A stretch of DNA of 64,000 nt from Octopus sinensis (taxonomy: Eukaryota). Both the position numbers and the translations under genes were made by a program. This document shows, in pieces, positions 1 through 12,400 of this stretch (position 1 is the stretch's first letter; each line of letters starts with the position of its first letter). Under the pieces are notes generated by a model. The model was not told where the DNA came from. It worked only from the letters and a program-made list of their open reading frames with translations, and did no database searches. The DNA is taken from NCBI RefSeq assembly GCF_006345805.1, contig NC_043007.1:3658001-3722000 (forward strand). The letters are read 5' to 3'.

Positions 1-139
1 GAAGTGGTCCATTAATCCGACACGCCCCGCAGTACAATGTCTACAAGAACAACCAGCAGATTCAATAAAAAGAACATCTATCACTCGTAAAGGATTTTTC
101 TTTGAATTCTTGGGAACTTTGAAAAGACGCTAATCCACA

Positions 140-185
140 AACTGACAACACTGACATAAACTGTTCTGTAAGTTTTATTTTTATT
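140..185 (-). terminator. Candidate distal poly(A) site of Rho isoform B
   Basis: Minus strand reads AATAAAAATAAAACTTACAGAACAGTTTATGTCAGTGTTGTCAGTTTGTG: two AATAAA hexamers (plus TTTATT at 174-179 and 180-185), CA dinucleotides, then a GU-rich downstream element. Confidence 0.55.
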
Positions 186-2999
186 TAAAAAAAAAAATTA
201 TAATTTTTAATTTTTTTTTTTTTAAGGTGGGGAAATAACGGCAAAGCAAGAACATTATTCATTCATCTTTGGGAAAGACTCAAAACAAAATTTACAAAAT
301 TCAAAAATAAACGTTAATTATTTTTTTTCTTTCTTCTCCAGAGATATTTCAGAATACAATATGAAACTAGGATAAAGGGGGGGAAAAAAAGGAAGAAAAA
401 AATAGTATGAGAACGATTAAGATAGAAAGTAAAAATAAATCTGGAAAGGATAATCAAGGTTTAATTATCCTTCAGTTTTGGTTGAATGTTGCAGTTAAAA
501 AAATATTTTTAATTTTTGAAAAGGAAGAAAAGGATAAAGCCAAAGTGACAATTGTAACTTGAAAAATAACCTGGAAAATTAAAATAAAAGTTGGAGATTC
601 AATGTTGTACACAAGCTCTGAAAGAGAATGTTAATCTAAAAATTAAACTGATAGATTTGTTTCTGACATTGTTAAATGGTGACATTAAACCAATATTAAA
701 AAAGTTGAGACTGTTTAAGGCACCAACATCCAAATTCTACCCAGCAGCAATAGCTTCATGTACCATAGAATTTCTGATGGAGCGAAACACCTACCTTAAT
801 AATAGTACGTGTCATTCAAGAGAATTTTTTTAACTCGTGGTACAAATGGAGGTTGTTTTTAAGAGGGGGGGAAAAAAGGTGAGGAAGGGATTATATTTAA
901 TTGAAAAATCCGTATTCTATAGACTTTGCCACGCGAAGGGATGGGATGTCAGGATTTTAAGTGTATAAATTTACTACAATTAATAAAATGTTTCACAGAT
1001 TAGTTTTCAAAATATAAGCCTCAGGAGAAACAGCGTTTCGACATGATTGTTATAGATTTTATACCAACTGACTTCATTGAAATTTTATAATGAACCACTT
1101 TGAAGTAGTACAAGCATACCACTTAGATGGCAAGATAAAGAAACACAGCTACATCATACAGTTAAGCTTGCTAGAATCTCAATAAAGCTTTCTTTAACAC
1201 CATTCAAACGTAAAATCTAAGCTTCCTTGCTACTTCAGTTGAAATTTGGTTTGAACTGGATATGAGGAACTGGTATTAGGAATACATCAAAGATTTTACA
1301 AGAAGCAAATGTGTTGGAAAGACCACCTATCGTATCAAAATAAGGAATTTTAAAACCAGTTTTGCTTCATCTAACTAGGAAAACAGTCTTTTATTAATTA
1401 AGTCTTAGCTGAACTAATAAATGTTGGTTGATTGTCCTTAACTCAGATTAGGAAAATTAGACAAACTTTAAAAACAACTTTTTAATCAAATAAGAACCTT
1501 TATTACAGATTTTCTTCAACTACATGCTTGTTAATACTCAAAAAAAGTCAATGAAGAATTCTGTACACGTGCACACAGGAACAAGAAAATATATTTGGAA
1601 CAGTTTTAAAAACACAACCTATTTGGAACATCTTAACTCGGTTCCTGCAACGCTTATTCTTGCTGATAATTAAAAAGCAATTTAAGGCTTTTTTTTTTTT
1701 TGAGAATGTCTTAATTATATTAGAAAGGAAAAAAAAAAAAGACTTAATATGCGGAATTGTAATTCTGGCATAAGTTTATTCCATTAAAAAAAAATTAGGA
1801 CCAGTCAGATATAAAAATCAGACAAAATTAAAAGAATTAAAAACCTGTCATATCACTGAAGAAGCAGCCAGTCTTTATACAATAAAGAACAGTGAATCCA
1901 TTCATCAGTTGATATTTTATTACGGTTAATAATATTAGTTCAATAAAGGTGAAATAACTAAGTCTTAAGAAAAAAATCTGCCAAATTATATTCACCATAT
2001 CATTAAAAAGTGACAGCTGAAGATGAAAGACTTTCTTTATGATGTAGATAAAGCTGTCTGACAAAAAGGTAACACCATTCCAGAGAGCTACCTAGAGAAA
2101 AAGTTTTAATCCATTCATCCAAATACATTTATGACGGAAAGCAGGTATGTGGTTTAAAATAATGATTTTGGTCTCTGTATCTAGTAAGTACTGCAGTTGA
2201 CAGATACCTGAAGACAGCTACAGATGAGCAATAAGGCGGCAGAAAATATTCTAACTTAGAAAAATAATACTTTAATGTTGGAAGATACCAGCACACAATT
2301 TAGCTACAATGGTCAGGTTTACTATCTCTCCGATACTTCAAGGAGAGATTAAGTTGTTTGTTTTTTTCATTCAGATTTACTTTCGTTTTGTTACGATAAG
2401 AAAAAAATACTGGCATAATAATAATAATAATAATAATACAAACAGTTTAACTATAACCAATGGCAAATGAAAAAAAAAAATGTTGAAATAAAATGTTATG
2501 CAAAACAGGAATGAATACCAGCATAAGAGTAAGAAAAAGGGTTCATGAATGCATATTGAAAAGGCTGTTGAGCATGATGCCAATAGCAGCATGAACAATT
2601 TCGTTTTATGTATCTACAGACATACAAACCAGTCAACCATGCACACACATACCTATCTGTAGTCCACGTGTCCATACAAACATTTTTTATTTTTTTAAAT
2701 TCATTTTAAATATAATTTCATATATATATATTCTTTTTTATAATTTTTATCATCTCGTTCAAACTGACTTGCAAAAAAAATCAGTGAATCAGATTGATTA
2801 GATTTAGATTAGATATCTGCAAAAAGTGGACTAAGTTTGTGAACATTGGAGAAAGCAGCAAGTTTTTTTCTTTTTTTTTGTAACAAAAAGCATGTTTTGA
2901 AAAAAAAAAGTTTCCTTTTCTTTGTTGTAAGTGGGATACATAAGTGGGGGGGGAGAGGAAAAAGTTGGAAAGAATGAGAAAAATTGATGCGAGTCCAAA
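160..2999 (-). other. Putative ~2.8-kb 3' UTR of distal terminal exon B
   Basis: No recognisable transposon; U-rich on the minus strand; runs from the stop codon to the poly(A) signal. Contains seed matches for miR-124, miR-31, miR-219 and miR-71, and a possible proximal AATAAA at 1499-1504. Confidence 0.55.
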
Positions 3000-3422
3000 T
3001 TACAACATGGTACAGGCTCCTTTCTTCTTCTTCTTTACTTGAAGTGCTGCCCGAGTAGCTGTTTCAAACACTTCCCTCACACCATCTTTGGTCTTAGCAG
3101 AACATTCTAAGTAACTATAGGCATTGATCTTTTCAGCCATAGCACGACCGTCTTCAGGTCGTACCGGTTCTTGCTTCATCTTCATAAGTTCTCTCTTTGT
3201 ATTTTCATCATTTCGTAGATCTTTCTTATTGCCGACCAAAATGATAGGAACATTGGGACAAAAGTGTTTCACTTCAGGGGTCCACTTCTCCGGTATATTT
3301 TCCAAACTGTCTGGACTATCGATAGAAAAGCACATAAGAATCACATCTGTGTCAGGGTAAGACAAAGGTCGTAGCCTATCATAATCTTCTTGTCCAGCAG
3401 TATCCCAAAGAGCCAATTCAAC
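3000..3422 (-). CDS. RHOA: RhoA/Rho1 distal terminal coding exon B (V53-L192, ends [11 protein letters not shown])
   Basis: Acceptor ttccttag|GTTGAATTG with AG at 3424-3423. 141 codons including TAA. Encodes WDTAGQE (G3), NKKD (G4), CSAK (G5), a polybasic tail and a CAAX box. Phase 0, in frame with the exon ending at 18313. Confidence 0.95.
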   Translation of the reverse strand, partial: VELALWDTAGQEDYDRLRPLSYPDTDVILMCFSIDSPDSLENIPEKWTPEVKHFCPNVPIILVGNKKDLRNDENTKRELMKMKQEPVRPEDGRAMAEKINAYSYLECSAKTKDGVREVFETATRAALQVKKKKKGACTML

Positions 3423-4533
3423 CTAAGGAAGAAAATTCAAATCATTAATTAAATAATTCCTAAAACATTGAAAATTATTAATACAAACATTAGCATTCTC
3501 AGCTATTAGAAAATAATGTAATTTTGGAAATATGAAACTAGGTTTGTTTTGTTTTGTTTTTTGGTTATTATTATAATTGGAATAGTCTTTCAATTTTGAA
3601 AATAAATGAAGGAATTTAGTAAAAAAAAAAAAAAAAAAAAAAAACCTCATTAAGCTGGTGCTTAGAACAAAACATGAAATTTTGATGGAAGGTTTCCATT
3701 CATATCACTTTAAAAATAAGTGGTCTGAAGTGGCTTAATACCAAAAGGATTAACAGACCTGTGATGAGAACAAAAGGAGTGAAATTAAGTAGACATTCTA
3801 TTACTAATCCCACAACCCCTAATCTAACCTTGAAAAATTGAATTAAATTTAGCAAGTCAATGTTTTCATATTAATATAGATGAAAATAGGATTATAATTT
3901 AGTACCTACATTATGTGGGGCCTTCGGGATAAGAATATTTATCCTTGGTTCCTAAATAATGATTGCTAGTTTAAAATCCAATCTATGTAACACACCCAGG
4001 GACGTTAAAACAGGCTGACAAATTGATCAATGGTGTGCATATAAAAATTTTAAAAAATACTTTCGCTTTTAAAGATAAGGTTTAATAATCTGAGAGATTA
4101 TAATCAGAATAAGTCACCCAGTATTTATAAAACTTTTTAAAAATTTAAATGTGTGAAAAGATCAATGTTCAGTAACTTTTCTAGATTATGTTGTGATCTA
4201 TGAACTTTACAACCAACTGACTTTAAAATTTTAAAAAATAGAAAAACTGAAATACAAGCAGCAAGACAAGAATTTGAAGAGAAAAAAGAAAAAAAAAACA
4301 CCTTCCTGCTTTTTAAACTCCAAAGCAGCTACAAAAATATTACAGAAAAGAAAAAAAAATTGCATTCTTTCAAATAAGAATGTATTTTAAAAACTTAATC
4401 TAATTTTATTTCGGCAAATAAAGTACTAAGATGGCTTATAGTTTGCAATGCTTTCATTGTCCACCCTATACATCAAAAATGCTCAAGCATGTATTTACTG
4501 CATAAATAAATTAACTGACCTAACTGTATAGAG

Positions 4534-4740
4534 TCAGTACCACCTGACTGGCCCTTGTGCCGGTGGCACATAAAAGCACCCATTACACTCTCGGAGTGGT
4601 TGGCATTAGGAAGGGCATCCAGCTGTAGAAGCACTATCAGATCAGATTGGAGTCTGGTGCAGCCATCTGGTTCGCCAGACCTGTCAAATCGTCCAACCCA
4701 TGCTAGCATGGAAAGCAGACGTTAAACGATGATGATGATA
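4534..4740 (+). mobile_element. RTE-type LINE 3' tail fragment
   Basis: Same sequence as the copies at 26030, 41715 and 63378; ends GACGTTAAACGATGATGATGAT. Confidence 0.75.
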
Positions 4741-5530
4741 TTTCATCTTACTCTTTCTGCTATCACCCCCTCCTATCAAGTGTCCTCTTCCATAATTCTG
4801 ATATCTCTTCTACCTGCTGGAGACAAAACAATCCTCTACCGCTGCCGCTGGATAAAGAGAAAAATTAGGCAGAGTGTGATTCCATGACAAAATGCACCCA
4901 GAGTACATTCTGCAGACTGATTGGCAATAGGAAGAGCAGAAGATGCCAAAAATGGAAGGTGCAAGAGTGACCCGATTCCAACCTGTTCTAAAAAGAGAGC
5001 AAGTAACTGAATAAGAACCAACTTGCCCATCCAATCCATGCCAATATAGGAAAAGTGTATAATAAATATAAAACAAAAAAGATGGGCAGTATCCTATGCA
5101 TTTAGGTTACTAATTTTGTAGTACTTAACTAAAAATTCAATTAGCATACTGTGCTATACCAACCTTGTACTTTATTCATGCTGTCTTCTCAGTTGTTATC
5201 AATGGACAACAGATCAGCAATACAGTTTTGAACTTCGACACCAAATAATTTCTTTGATAATACTGTTAGATATTGAGAATAGCTAATAACTAAAATCTAA
5301 ATTTTAAGCACTAAGATTCAATAGGATTTAAGTGACTGCAAGATTCTCAGAACCTTTAGCTTCATAAAGATATGGATTTCGTTTTTCAAAAAGGAAAATT
5401 TATGAGTTGATATTTTATTGTATTTCCTATATCTCACATGAGAGATTTTAGCCAAAATTTAGAAGCTGAAATAAAATATTTTAATTATTAAGCAATTACA
5501 AATATCACCCCCACTTAATACATTCTAGAG

Positions 5531-7489
5531 AAGAAAAAAAAAAGTTTGACTAATCAGAGTCAAATGGTTCATTTAAGTGAAAAAAACAGACAAAACTTGG
5601 ATATCAGCCAGAATTTTATTTGGAGCACATGATACAGAAATTATAATCTTATCGACATTGTAAGTATATTAAACATGAAAATGACATACTGGAATGTGTC
5701 ACAAGTGTTTTCTTTTTTTTCAACGCTGGAATATAAAGCTATCAACATTTGGTCCATTAACTATCGAGTACTATCACAGTAGAGAACAAACAATGTTTTA
5801 GATCTTCATTCAAATTAAACTACAGAAAATACGGAAAGAAAAAACCTCCAAATCCCACACTTGAAACTGAAACCAAATTTCAACACTAAATGGCATCAGA
5901 ATTACCATTTATCTAAGATTTGAAATTGGGGGGGGGGGGAAGAATCGTAAATTGCAAACATTCCACGTTACAGAAATATTGCATTCCTGAAAACCTTGCC
6001 ATTATGTGAAATTTCCAAAAAACACAAGACTTTTGCACCACAGTGCTCCACGTTATAGCAAGAATTTCAAAGGAATGCAACACCTGTAACTTGGAAAATA
6101 CCAACATATTCAAAGTTTATCTGCCACTTAGGTTTGCGTCCTTGTACGTTTAATAGACAATTTTGAGATTAAAACAAAATAGATGTGAACACAAATAACT
6201 GGATGACTTAATACATGCAGTATTCTAAGAAAAACTTAACAGTTTAAATGGAGCGCTGTGTAAAAAATTAGCAATATTTTAAAATAGATATTACTGTAGT
6301 GAAATGCCAAGTGGCAATATAATGGTTTAATTTTTAGCTAAGGTACTTATACTTTCTCGCATCCTATCCACAAAAACTAGGCTATTTCTCATTTCCAAAA
6401 TCCATAAATTAAAACTGCTTTACAAGGAAGACAAATTCAACTTTATTCTAAATTTAACAGAATGTTGCAATCCAGAAAATAGAAGTTCCAGCAGCCATAT
6501 TATAAAGAAAAAAAAAAGTTTGACTAATCAGAGTCAAATGGTTCATTTAAGTGAAAAAAACAGACAAAACTTGGATATCAGCCAGAATTTTATTTGGAGC
6601 ACATGATACAGAAATTATAATCTTATCGACATTGTAAGTATATTAAACATGAAAATGACATACTGGAATGTGTCACAAGTGTTTTCTTTTTTTTCAACGC
6701 TGGAATATAAAGCTATCAACATTTGGTCCATTAACTATCGAGTACTATCACAGTAGAGAACAACAATGTTTTAGATCTTCATTCAAATTAAACTACAGAA
6801 AATACGGAAAGAAAAAACCTCCAAATCCCACACTTGAAACTGAAACCAAATTTCAACACTAAATGGCATCAGAATTACCATTTATCTAAGATTTGAAATT
6901 GGGGGGGGGGGGGAAAGAATCGTAAATTGCAAACATTCCACGTTACAGAAATATTGCATTCCTGAAAACCTTGCCATTATGTGAAATTTCCAAAAAACAC
7001 AAGACTTTTGCACCACAGTGCTCCACGTTATAGCAAGAATTTCAAAGGAATGCAACACCTGTAACTTGGAAAATACCAACATATTCAAAGTTTATCTGCC
7101 ACTTAGGTTTGCGTCCTTGTACGTTTAATAGACAATTTTGAGATTAAAACAAAATAGATGTGAACACAAATAACTGGATGACTTAATACATGCAGTATTC
7201 TAAGAAAAACTTAACAGTTTAAATGGAGCGCTGTGTAAAAAATTAGCAATATTTTAAAATAGATATTACTGTAGTGAAATGCCAAGTGGCAATATAATGG
7301 TTTAATTTTTAGCTAAGGTACTTATACTTTCTCGCATCCTATCCACAAAAACTAGGCTATTTCTCATTTCCAAAATCCATAAATTAAAACTGCTTTACAA
7401 GGAAGACAAATTCAACTTTATTCTAAATTTAACAGAATGTTGCAATCCAGAAAATAGAAGTTCCAGCAGCCATATTATAAAGAAAAAAA
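5531..7489. repeat. Near-perfect ~975-bp tandem duplication (about 5531-6504 and 6505-7489)
   Basis: GTTTGACTAATC occurs at 5544 and 6518; CATATTATAAAG ends at 6507 and 7482. The differences I saw are only 1-nt indels in homopolymers or short repeats. Junctions lie in AAG(A)n runs. Confidence 0.95.
6553..6594 (-). terminator. Poly(A) site of Rho isoform A (duplicated at 5579-5620)
   Basis: Minus strand AATAAAATTCTGGCTGATATCCAAGTTTTGTCTGTTTTTTT: hexamer, CA about 16 nt downstream, then a GU/U-rich element. Confidence 0.65.
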
Positions 7490-8503
7490 GAAAAGCTTTT
7501 CAGTATTATTTAAGTAGCAAATTTTTTTAAGGCACTAAGGCCATTATGCACAAGAACTGTCCAAAAAATAATGCAGAGGGGAACAGCATGATTAAATGAA
7601 TAATGCTATGAAATTATCAATTATGTTTTGAAAGAGATTACGAGTATTAATCAAATGGGAACTAGATATATTTCAACCAAAGCTTCAGGTTCAATCACAA
7701 CTAGAAACTTTCGAGTAAGGCTCTCAACAGGTTTACTTTTTCTTCAATAAGTAAACAAAGAGCAAAGACAAACCAGAGATGTCAAAATTTAAAAAAAAAA
7801 AAGAAAAAAAAAAAGAAAAGTGAAGAAAGAAAAATGCCAATTCTATTGCAACTTAAACTGATCCATTATATACTATTAATATTTATTCAAAATATATTCC
7901 TGAATCCCATCAATGGCAAAGACCAGAAGAGGAATTTAATGTTATAAAAAGTTATACAAAGTTTCTTCAATTTTGTTATCCAGCAGATTTTCTCAATGCC
8001 CGATGATCAGGATGTTCCAAGCCTTCATTAGCACTATTACGTTTATTTAACAACAAAAAGCTGAAATATAGTAGTACCAGCAATAATATTTGAACGGGTT
8101 CATTTTTTTTTGTTTGTTTTTATACAAAAATGAGCTCTGCTCACTTTTCTGAAATTTAAGGAAAAAAAAAAAAGAAACTGCAATCAACAGCAATGGTTGT
8201 GCTGATTTAATTTACCATAGCAAAATCATAGCTAGTAGTGTTTTGAGATGAAACCAATTAGAGAGCAACATGTTTAAGGAGAATAATGGAACAGTTGCGT
8301 TTATGGAAACCATCTTTTAATAGTACAAAAGCTGCAAATTGTTTTTGGCCAGAATTTCAAGTCATTGCAGTAGTATGAAGAGAGATTTCTCAGGAAAAAA
8401 CAGTTGCACACACGAGAACAATGGACAACTGAAAATGCCAAGAGAAACACAGAAATAGGATAGACCTTCTTTCAGCACAGACTATAAAAATATCACCACC
8501 TTT
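6570..8503 (-). other. Putative ~1.9-kb 3' UTR of proximal terminal exon A
   Basis: No recognisable transposon between the stop codon and the poly(A) signal. Carries seed matches for miR-124, miR-317, miR-2, miR-133, miR-79 and miR-1. Confidence 0.6.
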
Positions 8504-8926
8504 TCAGAACAAGATACATCTTCCTCTTTTCTTCTTTTTGACTTGTAAAGCTGCTTTGGTTGCCGTTTCAAACACCTCTCTAACCCCCTCTTTAGTTTTG
8601 GCCGAACATTCTAAATATGAGAAAGCACCAATTTTTTCCGACATTGCTTTGCCATCATCAGCTCTTACAGGTTCTTGTTTCATCTTGGCCAATTCCCGAC
8701 GTGTAGTTTCATCATTGCGCAGATCTTTTTTGTTTCCAACTAATATAATGGGAACATTGGGACAAAAATGCTTCACTTCAGGTGTCCACTTTTCTGGAAT
8801 GTTCTCTAAACTGTCGGGACTATCAATAGAGAAACACATTAATATAACATCTGTATCAGGATAAGAGAGCGGTCGCAATCTATCATAATCCTCTTGACCT
8901 GCTGTATCCCATAAAGCCAATTCCAC
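8504..8926 (-). CDS. RHOA: RhoA/Rho1 proximal terminal coding exon A (V53-F192, ends [11 protein letters not shown])
   Basis: Long pyrimidine tract and tttcag|GTGGAATTG with AG at 8928-8927. 141 codons including TGA. All G-box motifs and the CAAX box are intact. Phase 0. Confidence 0.95.
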   Translation of the reverse strand: MELALWDTAGQEDYDRLRPLSYPDTDVILMCFSIDSPDSLENIPEKWTPEVKHFCPNVPIILVGNKKDLRNDETTRRELAKMKQEPVRADDGKAMSEKIGAFSYLECSAKTKEGVREVFETATKAALQVKKKKRGRCILF

Positions 8927-9214
8927 CTGAAATTTAAGAAAAAAAAGAAAGAAAAGGATTGAATTTATTTTCGAAACAGACAAATTTCAGCATTAATCAA
9001 AGACAGCAAAAATGAAACATGTTAGTTAACTAAACCAGTGCCACATTAACTGACAATTCATTTTGAAAAAGTTAAAGCATTTAACATCAAATTTGTTATG
9101 CTGGCAAAGTTAGAGCAGGAAAAGAAACTTAAAATTTATGTCCACTGGATCAAATTTTAATAGCAAATAAATTTGAGTATTTGTAAGAAAGCGAAGACAT
9201 GTTGGGGCAAGCGA

Positions 9215-9470
9215 AATTGAAATCGAATTGAACCAGCCAGGATCCCTGGTCTGGTGGTACGTAAAAAGCACTATCCGACTCGTGGCCGATGCCAGCACCG
9301 CCTCGACTGGCTTCCGTGCCGGTGGCACATAAAATACACCAATCCGACCGTGGCCGTTGCCAGCCTCACCTGGCACCAGTGCAGGTGGCCTTCTGGCTTC
9401 CCAGATCCCCGGTCGAACCGTCCAACCCGTGCTAGCATGGAGAACGGACGTTAAACGATGATGATGATGA
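9215..9470 (+). mobile_element. RTE-LINE-tail-related repeat
   Basis: Shares the GGTGGCAC(G/A)TAAAA subrepeats and the GGACGTTAAACGATGATGATGA 3' end with the other copies. Confidence 0.7.
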
Positions 9471-12400
9471 ATACCAATATTGAATACCAATCACTGCAGC
9501 AGATAATCTTGGCTTAATTGCTCTTCCAATACTACACTATGTTGGTGGTATTTGAGTATTTAGCTTTCATTACATACATAAAGCATTTACAAGCCTTATC
9601 TGGAAATCTGAACATTTCTATGCCCAATAAGAGTAAATCAGTATTAACAGTAAGTAACAATTCTAAATTGTTTGGGTTCTGCTTTTGTGATTTTATTCCA
9701 ATTTAAAATTATCTATTTTGAAGGATATCAAGATCAATAATAGAGCTTAGAATGAATGCTAAGGGAATACAATGCAGGTGTAAATGAAGTTAACTCCAAA
9801 AAACCATAAAGATTAATGGAAATATTAATCTCTCCTTGCAATGTATTTGTGCCACAATTTTGGCATTATTAGACAAAGCAGGTAAAAGCATGTCACAACT
9901 AAAAATATTTAGTAATCTATGTTCCAGGATCAGCGTATGGGGACCAATAAAATCACAGAAATATAGACACACGTGTACATCAATAAATATCCAGCTTCCT
10001 TGCTGGTATGGGCTGGTTAGTTCGATAGGTTGTAACATGCTCAATGTCTGGTATGGTCTCTATAGCTGGATTCCTTTCCTAATGCCAACCACTTAGTGTA
10101 TTGGTTGCTTTTCATGTCACCAGCATTAAGATCACTTCATAATTTGCATGGATAAGGACCAGAAGTCGCCCCTTAAACTGAAGGAGAAAGGTGGGTGGTA
10201 GTTCTGGACAGTGGGAGGACAAGATGAACAGTTAGGATAAAGTTTATAGAGAAAGCAACAGTAATTATCACTAATGGGAGGAAAGTATGGCAGAGAGATA
10301 AGGAAGGGATTAGTGATGAGTTAAGAAAAGGGAGCAACTGGGTGGGTCCTAAGGCGATGCTAGATAAGTATGGACAAGTGAGGGAATGGGAACAACAGAT
10401 TGGAAAGAGAGTGACAGTTGTAAAACTTAAAATTACTAAGATTTTACATTATAAACTTACACAATCTTACAGTTTAAACATTGACTACAATTTCATCAAT
10501 ACAGTTCAGTATTTATATTACAATTACTATGTTACATCTAATACAAAACAATTACACTTAAAATCTCAAAAAATAAATAAATAAATAAAAAATTTCCAGA
10601 ATTTAAGTTGCTAAACTTTTGCAAAAACAAAAAAGAGAAAGAAAAAATTTTCCTGACTCACAACACTAATTTTGTAATTAGCTTCCTGCTATTGAACAAT
10701 GTAATTAAAAAGTTTATAGACACAACATTCGAAATTATTTCCAATCCATGTACGAAATATTCAGTTGTCTGCATCTAAAAATGAAATTTCCAATAAAAAT
10801 AGCAATCTATTTGCTCATAATTAGCAAATATCTTGTAGAAGAGAGCCAAGGGAAGATCCATACTAGGAAATATCATTGTGGGAACACATCCGAAACAATT
10901 CAAAGAAAAGGGCGGAGTGGACAATGTGATCATGGAATTATTCTGAAAACAAGTTGCACAAGGATAGACGTGTCACAAGACAACAGGTGAACCCACGCAG
11001 TTTGTCAAGTGACGCCAAGAGATGGGACGAGAACCATTCAGAAGGCCTCTAAGACAATGGAAAAACAACGAAACAATTTGAGTCCAATCAAGAGAAAAAT
11101 GGAAGCATATTGTGACCGATGTTGTATAAGAACACCCAAGTCTGGTCAATAAAAGTGAATTATGATTAAAGTAACAAATTGCATATTTGCAATAACAAGC
11201 ATGTCCGTTATCAAATGGCATTATGAGGAGTAAATTAATCCAAGTTAATGCATTTCACTTAAATACCATCAAAGTAGTAAATACCGTAGCTCCAAACTTC
11301 ATCATACACACAAAGATTCATTTTACTATAGCTTCAATATTTAATAAATCATGAAGACAAGTAGTTTCCTTGCAGACCCAAGAGCAACGAAGATGAATCC
11401 ATTCAAAATACCATTCCTGGAATTTGTTTAAAACTTATGAACCTTTAAGGATAGAATCTCTTAATATTCATTCAGTGAAACCATATACTCACAGCAACTT
11501 TAATAAAGATCTTATGTTTAGAACTATTTCTAAATCAGTCACTGCTAACTAGTTTGGGTTTTAACTAAGACTTCTGAGATTAAGAAAGAAAAAAGGAAAC
11601 ATTTTCCAGAAGAAAGTTTACATCCTGAATCACAGAAGAGATACAAATCACAACTAATAACTATTCAAACACTAGCACCACTCCACCCTCCAGCACAAAA
11701 GCAGGCTGTCTCTTTGTTGTCTTCACTACTAAAATGGCCCCTGTTCCTAAAAGCTAGTGTCCTCTCTTTGGACACCCTGCCACCAATCTTTTGAGTTCAC
11801 ATCTCTACCCACTTTCTCATCCAAACACTGACCCTCTGCCAGCATGAAGTCCAGTAGACATACAATGGTCGTGGGCAATAATCTACCTTTCTCCAAACAA
11901 AGAAAAAAGTGAATGCACCAATTAGCTGGCAGAAGAGGACGGCTTCACTCAGCAAATCTTAATAAATTTGGAAGTAAATATTTACTTTTGCTTCACATTT
12001 ATGAGACAAGCAGCTTAACCCTTTAGCATCCAGATTCCTCTGTCAAATGTAATGCTTATTTATTCGCAGCTTTTTGAATTAATTGTGCATTATCTCACAG
12101 CTTTGAGCTTTCAATGATGTGATTGTATAGATTTAGAATGACATTGTAGGGTAGGTGAGATAGGCCAGATCTAGCTGGTTTGAATATATTTGAACTGGAT
12201 ATGGCCAGTTTAAATGCCAGTACAATCTAAGCAATGTAAAATAGTTATTCCTCACAAGCTCAGAGGAACTTCACCTTTTATGTTGTGAGCAAAAGACAAA
12301 ATGCACCTCTACACAGAAGGCTAGTCTAATACACAACTTCCCTTGTAATTCTGGTAACCATTCCTGACAACCAAGTCAACCAAGATAAACTTGATTTGTT

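Noticed and set aside
1-370. Possible plus-strand exon/intron (GTAAGT at 168, CTCCAG near 340)
   Set aside because: All plus frames are closed by stops. The region is better explained as the minus-strand poly(A) site.
3124-8864. Plus-strand ORFs 3124-3360 and 8538-8864
   Set aside because: Antisense shadows of the Rho exons.
3000-8926. One terminal exon as a pseudogene, retrocopy or assembly duplicate
   Set aside because: Both exons are intact, start at the same splice position, and differ by many silent changes with no amino-acid change over 73 codons.
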